From positions 33,914-97,913 of the forward strand of contig SOJZ01000005.1 in assembly GCA_004376295.1 (NCBI GenBank): a stretch of DNA of 64,000 nucleotides. Direction: 5' to 3'. Positions 58,163 through 64,000 of this stretch are shown here, one piece after another; positions within the stretch are counted from its first letter, which is position 1, and each line of letters begins with the position of its first letter. The position numbers were made by a program, and so were the translations under genes. This DNA is from Candidatus Bathyarchaeota archaeon. GTDB taxonomy: Archaea > Thermoproteota > Bathyarchaeia > Bathyarchaeales > Bathyarchaeaceae. The notes beneath the pieces were generated by a model. That model worked only from the letters and a program-made list of their open reading frames with translations, was not told the origin of the DNA and did not search any database.

Positions 58163-58589
58163 TCGATGGGCCTCCCTCTTTTTCTGTCTTCTCTGGCTTT
58201 TTCACTTTGACTTTAGCCTTTTTCACTCCTTTAGCTTTTTTCGGTTTCTCAACAATTTTCATGTTTATCTGAACAATATCTTCAGTTATGACGTTTCCTC
58301 GGAGAGTTTTTCTTCTCCTCTCTCCTTTTCTGTGAGAGTGAAAACCTACTCCTTCGCTCAAAATCACCCTAATTCGGACCCCTCCGTGAACGTTGGGTCT
58401 AATGGGGAAGCCGTCCTTGTCTGATCCTCCGGTTATCTGTAGCTTGTAGCCAGGCGTTCCAACCACGGATCCGTTTACCATCTCTCCCGTTTTTTTCCCA
58501 ATCAAAGGAACGGCGCGGGTGCCCTCCACCTCCGTGAATCGAGCTTTACCTGTCTCTGGATCGGATATTATTATCTTGAATTTCGCCAT
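58137..58589 (-). CDS. rps6e: 30S ribosomal protein S6e
   Basis: FKIIISDP, ITGGSDKDGFP, GERRRKTLRGN. Confidence 0.96.
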   Translation of the reverse strand: MAKFKIIISDPETGKARFTEVEGTRAVPLIGKKTGEMVNGSVVGTPGYKLQITGGSDKDGFPIRPNVHGGVRIRVILSEGVGFHSHRKGERRRKTLRGNVITEDIVQINMKIVEKPKKAKGVKKAKVKVKKPEKTEKEGGPSTEKTTQTT

Positions 58590-58732
58590 ACGCGATGTTT
58601 CTCCTCGAATGAATTCTTTGGTGACGTTAACTGAAACGAGGTATTCATTTATTAAGGATTCTATTGACGCAGATAGCGCTAATTCTTAGTAGCTATCGAT
58701 GAATTCTGGCGCGTTAACTGTTTCTTTTAATC

Positions 58733-59899
58733 TCATCTTTTCCGCCTAGAAACGTATGTATAAACCACTATGATGACACATGTGGTTACGACTATTATTA
58801 TAAGAATACGTTGAACCCATCTTTCTACAATGATTTCCCAGAGGCTTTGTCGGGATGTCCAGATCATCTCATCTTCTGCGTAGATATAAAAACCGTTTTC
58901 AGTAATGAAATCCCGGTACGCCCAGGATGAGGCCACGTAATCCCTTTCACTGATGTTCATATACTGGATTGTTCTAGTGTCTGAAACTACTGCTGTTTTT
59001 ATTGCGTTGAGGGGATTACTGAACCCGCCTTTGGGGTAGGTGAGGTCGACTGGTAGCCATCCCCACGGCGGAATATACACTATTGCCCATCCATGCCATC
59101 CAATCTGCCTTGCTACATTTGTCACATGGCCGTCCCAACTTGTCTCGTTTGAGTATTGACTAGGCAGATATATGCAGCCGATTTGAAGGTAGGATGGAAT
59201 TCCAAGGATACGGCAGAATGTGACTAACAGAATTGCTTGATCGTCACAGTCACCCTCTCGATAATGAAGTGTTTGGTTTGGATAGAGTGGAACTTCGTGC
59301 AAAACTTTGTGTGGTTCACTTGGAAATGGGTAGTCAATATTGTCCCAAATCCACTCGATGAATTCCTTGACAATTTTGAGAACATTCGTCTCGTTGCCTG
59401 CTATCGCGTGCGCTTGTTCTTTGATCATTTGATTTTCAATTTGCCATGTGTTGTCTGCCTTACAATATTTTTTACGTAAATTCATTGCGATGTTTTCAAG
59501 AGCCCCCGAATTCTCCTCCGTTATTGTAGGAAGTGAGCGAGATTTTGAAAGAACCTGATATGTGACAGAGTAACTTATGTTTTCTCCTGGATTAAGCTCC
59601 GATTGAAATTGCAAAACCGCTATTGGGTTTCCATCGTCGTCTTCTGTGATATTCTGTAAGGGATATGAATGGTTTATCAAGTGGACTGTTTGCCACGTGT
59701 TGTTCATAAATAAGCTGACTGCTCGGTCTTCTTCAGTAAGATTCCAGAATTTTTCGTCTTCTTTGTTAGAGAATGTAACCGTTGACCTGATGATATAGCT
59801 TACGTCCCCCGTTTTGCTCTCTAACATTGTGAAACTGTAGAACGTGAAGGAGGCAAGTAACACAAATAGAACGAAGCTAACAGCTATCATCTTTTCCAA
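58733..59899 (-). CDS. transglutaminase-like domain protein with N- and C-terminal TM segments
   Basis: GDCDDQA (Cys), WHGW (His), WLPVDLT (Asp). Confidence 0.85.
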   Translation of the reverse strand: MEKMIAVSFVLFVLLASFTFYSFTMLESKTGDVSYIIRSTVTFSNKEDEKFWNLTEEDRAVSLFMNNTWQTVHLINHSYPLQNITEDDDGNPIAVLQFQSELNPGENISYSVTYQVLSKSRSLPTITEENSGALENIAMNLRKKYCKADNTWQIENQMIKEQAHAIAGNETNVLKIVKEFIEWIWDNIDYPFPSEPHKVLHEVPLYPNQTLHYREGDCDDQAILLVTFCRILGIPSYLQIGCIYLPSQYSNETSWDGHVTNVARQIGWHGWAIVYIPPWGWLPVDLTYPKGGFSNPLNAIKTAVVSDTRTIQYMNISERDYVASSWAYRDFITENGFYIYAEDEMIWTSRQSLWEIIVERWVQRILIIIVVTTCVIIVVYTYVSRRKR

Positions 59900-60128
59900 A
59901 GTTTAACCGCTCCTCTACGTGAGTTCTCTCCTATTGACAAGAGTTAAGGATGATTCGTTGGCAACAATCATGTAATATCATTAACATAACATTACGTTCT
60001 TGAATTTTTAGGTTTAGTTAAGTAATTTCGCATGGCGAGCTTTTCAAAAGCTGATGCTGTGCTCTATCCATTCGTCATCCACTGTTTTCCTGCACAGAGA
60101 CGTGAAAAAGAGAGAGAAAGGCTAGAGT

Positions 60129-61595
60129 TTATTCTACGTGCACCCTGAAAAGGTCTATGTCCCGCTTCATCTCTCTGGTACATTCTAGGAATTCCCTAAC
60201 AGAGTGTTCGACGTCTCTCGACTGCGTTATATACCTCCCAACAATGATAATGTCTGCTCCCTCTGCAAAAGCCTCTGGTGCAGTTTCAGGGGTTATCCCA
60301 CCTGCAACCGCCACTAGGAACTTCTTATCTCTAAAGACCCGTCGAAATTCTTTGATGAGATACCAACGCGGTTTCCCAGTTTTTTCCACATCGATGGCGC
60401 GATGCAAAATTACGATGTCGGGGAATTCTGTAAGTGACTGAAACTTCTTAACAGGTTCTTCAACGTTCATCATGTCCACCACCGCGTAAATCCCAAGTTT
60501 CTTTGCCTCGTAAATGAATTTGTTAAGAGTCCCTGCAGCTGCTAATCCAGAAGCCACAACTGCATCCGCTGTCTCCTCAAATGCTAGGTCAACTTCCACT
60601 TTTCCAACATCTAGAGTTTTCAAATCGGCGACGATGAACACGTCTCGAGCTGTTTCCCTTAGATCACGAATTACCTTTACTCCGTATTTCTTCAGTAGCG
60701 GAGTGCCGACTTCTAGAATGATTCTGTCGCTCTTAGGTAATTGGCTTATGATCTTTTTTGTTCTTTCTAGACTGGGGATGTCGAGTGCTATTTGTAGATA
60801 AGGTGGTCTCCACAATCGAGGTACCTTGAATCCCATGATGGGATGTTTCGCCCGATCTTTGTCATACATGATTTTCTTCAGCGGCGGATACTGGGCTAGA
60901 GCCCTTTTCAAGGATAATCTAGTCGCGCCATAGTTGTATTGGTAAATCCTCCGGTAGTCCTCTGCCTTCGGATGTACAAACACACTGCATACAATCACCC
61001 AGTCATCAACCTTATCCTCTGGTATGATGCCTTCTTCCACGGAGTCAGCCACTGCTTTGGCTATCGCGGCTTGGGCTGGTCCAAAGATCTTTTCGGTTTG
61101 TTCAAAGTTTTTCACGGTAACTTTTGGAACCAAAAGCGTGTGTGGCTTAGGAGGAAGGTTAGGTCTAATAACTGCAAGAAGCGGCGTGTGACCTGCAGAT
61201 AAGTTTGATAAACCGTTGGCAAAAGCTGCTCCCACAGGGCCATCCTTGTCTCCAATCATCAGGTCAACATGGGCAACCTCAGAGCCCTCACCCATCAACG
61301 CTTCGCCTATTAGATAAGTAGGTTTTTCACGTCTTTCTACAGCTTCTATAAATGTCGGTTTTCTCTCTTCAACATCTTCGAAGTTAACGCCAAACTCCTT
61401 CATCCACTCGTAAAGCGTATCACGATGTATCTTCATTATCTTCGCCGTGCCAGAAACCGTCGGTTTTATCGACTTTCTCTTTCTAGCTTTTCTTTCTTCT
61501 ACCTCTTTCTTCTTTGCTACCGCAAGTAATCTGACGAAATCTTCTATGGTCTCGGGCTTTTTACGATCAAAATCCGACACTAAACACACTTCCAT
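60129..61595 (-). CDS. fae-hps: bifunctional formaldehyde-activating enzyme / 3-hexulose-6-phosphate synthase with N-terminal HTH
   Basis: IGEALMGEGSEVAHVDL, GPAQAAIAKAV, YNYGAT (Fae); LQIALD, EVGTPL, DLKTLDVG, VAGG (Hps); VSGTAKIMKIHRDTLYEWMK HTH. Confidence 0.92.
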   Translation of the reverse strand: MEVCLVSDFDRKKPETIEDFVRLLAVAKKKEVEERKARKRKSIKPTVSGTAKIMKIHRDTLYEWMKEFGVNFEDVEERKPTFIEAVERREKPTYLIGEALMGEGSEVAHVDLMIGDKDGPVGAAFANGLSNLSAGHTPLLAVIRPNLPPKPHTLLVPKVTVKNFEQTEKIFGPAQAAIAKAVADSVEEGIIPEDKVDDWVIVCSVFVHPKAEDYRRIYQYNYGATRLSLKRALAQYPPLKKIMYDKDRAKHPIMGFKVPRLWRPPYLQIALDIPSLERTKKIISQLPKSDRIILEVGTPLLKKYGVKVIRDLRETARDVFIVADLKTLDVGKVEVDLAFEETADAVVASGLAAAGTLNKFIYEAKKLGIYAVVDMMNVEEPVKKFQSLTEFPDIVILHRAIDVEKTGKPRWYLIKEFRRVFRDKKFLVAVAGGITPETAPEAFAEGADIIIVGRYITQSRDVEHSVREFLECTREMKRDIDLFRVHVE

Positions 61596-61758
61596 AACAA
61601 AGCATCACAAAACGACTATTTAAATTTGTCGGAACAACATTCTAGTGAAGTCTCTAATAAGAATCCCGACGATTTCTTATAGAATGCCTTTCATTAATGC
61701 CTTGTTCTTGTCCGACAACTGTTGAACAATGTGATGTCCACTTTCTGAAATCCGACAA
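61573..61758. promoter_or_regulatory. cluster of TCCGACA boxes around the fae-hps promoter
   Basis: TCCGACA at 61573, 61711 (within palindrome TTGTCCGACAA) and 61751; inverted TGTCGGA at 61627 beside a TTTAAATA box. Confidence 0.55.
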
Positions 61759-62161
61759 AAACATCAATTTGGCGATGTAGTTTCTGATAAAGTTTGGTGT
61801 CATGCAATGGAAATATGTTATTGAAGATGTATCTCCAAGAGGTAACCTAAGGATTAAACCCCAGTAGCGCTACTCTTTAGACGCGCGCAGATGACTTGTA
61901 AAGTACATACTTAAGATAGTATTCATAAATGAGGGGAGCACACTTTAAGAGATATTTCTCATGATTCCAACGTCTCCTCGTGTCAATTGGCCTTCAAGAA
62001 TCTTGTGCTTCATTTTCCCTTGAAATTTCCAGCTAAAACACGGTCTCTGTGTGCAAAAGAAGTCGAAATTCGGCTTAAACACTAGTTGCGTATTTTCGTT
62101 GTTGCGTAAGACTTATAAATGATATTTAATGATACCTTTGACTTTGTAGGAGCCTAAAGAA

Positions 62162-62581
62162 ATGTCAACATCTATGAGTCTTGAAAAAATGGCTGGATGG
62201 GCTTTCATAATCTTTGTGATAGTAGCGATCGTAGCAGGGCTGGCAGTGGGCTACATGACTTGGCCAGACAGCGGAACAGATATGGCGACCGTAACAAGCA
62301 CTAATACGTGGATCACTTTAATTATGTTAATCCTCGGCGTTATAGTAGGGTTAGTAAGCATAACCGCAAAAGAAGTCACATCATTCCTTATGGCCTCGAT
62401 TGCTTTGATAGTGACAAGAGTCGGAGTGGATGTCTGGAAGCCACTCAACATTGACTGGTTGGCCAACGGGATACTATACTACTTTGCCGAAGGAATGCTA
62501 AACTACATTGTGGCGTTCGTGGCTCCAGCAGCTGTCATAATAGCAATAAAACAGGTCTACACCTTAGCCAAAACGAAGTAA
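62162..62581 (+). CDS. small 4-TM membrane protein
   Basis: Four hydrophobic segments; T-rich tract downstream. Confidence 0.8.
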   Translation: MSTSMSLEKMAGWAFIIFVIVAIVAGLAVGYMTWPDSGTDMATVTSTNTWITLIMLILGVIVGLVSITAKEVTSFLMASIALIVTRVGVDVWKPLNIDWLANGILYYFAEGMLNYIVAFVAPAAVIIAIKQVYTLAKTK

Positions 62582-62700
62582 TAAAGCCCTTCGTCCCCTT
62601 TTTTGTGCGGCGCAGTCCCTCAAGAAGTTTTTTATGTGCCGATCAAAAATTTAATCTAGTGATTATGTACATTCCAGAAGCATTAGGAGAATGAAGAAGA

Positions 62701-63789
62701 ATGGCCAAAGAAACGGACAAATGTGTGCTCTATGAAGACCTTTACGCAAAGAAAAAGGTCGAGGTCAAGCTGCCTTTGACCTCCACAGTTGATGTCGAAG
62801 AGTTCGCTAAGCATCTAGACATCTCCACTTACGTGGACAAGAGTTACCTTCCAATGAGAAGAGCAATTGTCGCTGTATGGGCTTGCCAGAACGCACACGT
62901 GCTTCATAAGATGTTTCCTGATTGCATTACCAAGAGGATTTCCAAAAAACCCATAGGGGCCTTGCTCTTCGGTGGGGGCGCTATCAAGATGTACTGTCCA
63001 TGCGCTAACAGAATCAACGGGCCACTCCGTAGACACCTCAAAGATGTGGATTTCATCGTTTCTAAGAAGCAAGGGACGGAATTCTACAGGCTGCTTCTCA
63101 AGCTGGGGAGTCTCTTCGGTACGGAATACCTTCACTTTGAAACCGAAGGCGACAGGATGTTCATGTTTCAAAGACATGGGACAAGATACCGTATTAGAAC
63201 CATAGATGCGGTGGACAAAAAGGGGATTCCGAAGGTCGGTGTCATGGATATTTTCTGTGATGAAATCGACCTGAGGCACAAAGTGAAGTTGAATGAGGAG
63301 TTCAAGAACCCGAAGGAAACTCTGTACACAATAGGACTAGAAAACATGATTCTTTCAAAGTGTCAGTTCATAATGGATCTTCCAGCCAGCGACCTCTCAA
63401 GGCTTGAGGATGTCGGTCAAGCCTTCAGGATACTAAGATATGATTATCTTCCCGATAGGCTGATCATCGGCATGGAGGAGAAGGACATAAGTGACATCTG
63501 TGCCATAATGCTGGATCACCCCATCGGAACAGGCCGACAAGAAGTTAATCCGACGAAGATGACGAGAGCGCTTAGAAAAGACAAGAGGTTCGCTGTGACT
63601 TGTAGGCTGAATCTTCAGAACGTTGTTGACCGCCCGGAAGTTTTGAAGGGCTTCGGCTTGACGAGAAGGCAGGTGTCCATGATAATAAACAGAATCGAGG
63701 TTTTGCTGAAGGCCATCCCAGTGATTGATGCTAAATGGAGCAAGCCTTGGTGGAATACCCAGGTGGAGACTCCTAAGATTTTCGACTAA
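62701..63789 (+). CDS. putative nucleotidyltransferase-fold protein
   Basis: LFGGGA...KDVDFIV resembles the hG(G/S)x(n)DxD NTase motif. Confidence 0.55.
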   Translation: MAKETDKCVLYEDLYAKKKVEVKLPLTSTVDVEEFAKHLDISTYVDKSYLPMRRAIVAVWACQNAHVLHKMFPDCITKRISKKPIGALLFGGGAIKMYCPCANRINGPLRRHLKDVDFIVSKKQGTEFYRLLLKLGSLFGTEYLHFETEGDRMFMFQRHGTRYRIRTIDAVDKKGIPKVGVMDIFCDEIDLRHKVKLNEEFKNPKETLYTIGLENMILSKCQFIMDLPASDLSRLEDVGQAFRILRYDYLPDRLIIGMEEKDISDICAIMLDHPIGTGRQEVNPTKMTRALRKDKRFAVTCRLNLQNVVDRPEVLKGFGLTRRQVSMIINRIEVLLKAIPVIDAKWSKPWWNTQVETPKIFD

Positions 63790-64000
63790 ACAGCCATTGG
63801 TACCTGATTCTATACATTCTGAGAAATTAGGCCTGTCTCAGTTAATCCAATGAGATTTATTATATTTGTTCTCTGTACGCCTTGAAGACGAATAGCAAGA
63901 ACAGTATACTTAAGCCGAGGGAAAGGGGTTCGGTGAACAGCCAAATCTGGGAAGGTTCGATAGCGCCTGTCAGAATGTCGATGATGTTCCAGACGGAGAA

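Overview
Archaeal chromosome segment, most consistent with Bathyarchaeia (inferred from gene content and order, not verified). It contains a Mrr-like nuclease pair; an acyl-CoA/beta-oxidation cluster (thiolase+DUF35, hydratase, dehydrogenases, two CoA ligases, a 2-hydroxyacyl-CoA dehydratase/BcrBC-type pair) interrupted by arsM plus a ribbon-helix-helix regulator; a canonical smc-scpA-scpB operon; the proteasome/exosome superoperon with a decayed Brix gene; an ECF transporter; ribosomal and RNA polymerase clusters; a small AT-rich cassette-like island; aIF2-gamma; and an HTH-fused Fae-Hps. The main candidate for an undescribed system is a second, tightly coupled three-gene SMC operon (36270-39688): a short Smc5/6-like ATPase with no visible hinge or zinc hook, followed by a divergent kleisin-like gene and a kite (Nse1/Nse3/ScpB-type)-like gene. 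Other observations: a probable CUG start for aIF2-gamma, two unannotated tiny basic ORFs (one eL41-like), a dispersed G-string repeat next to strong local strand-skew patches, TGCATGCA motifs in the acyl-CoA cluster, and TCCGACA boxes at the fae-hps promoter. All family calls come from motif recognition by eye; no searches were run.
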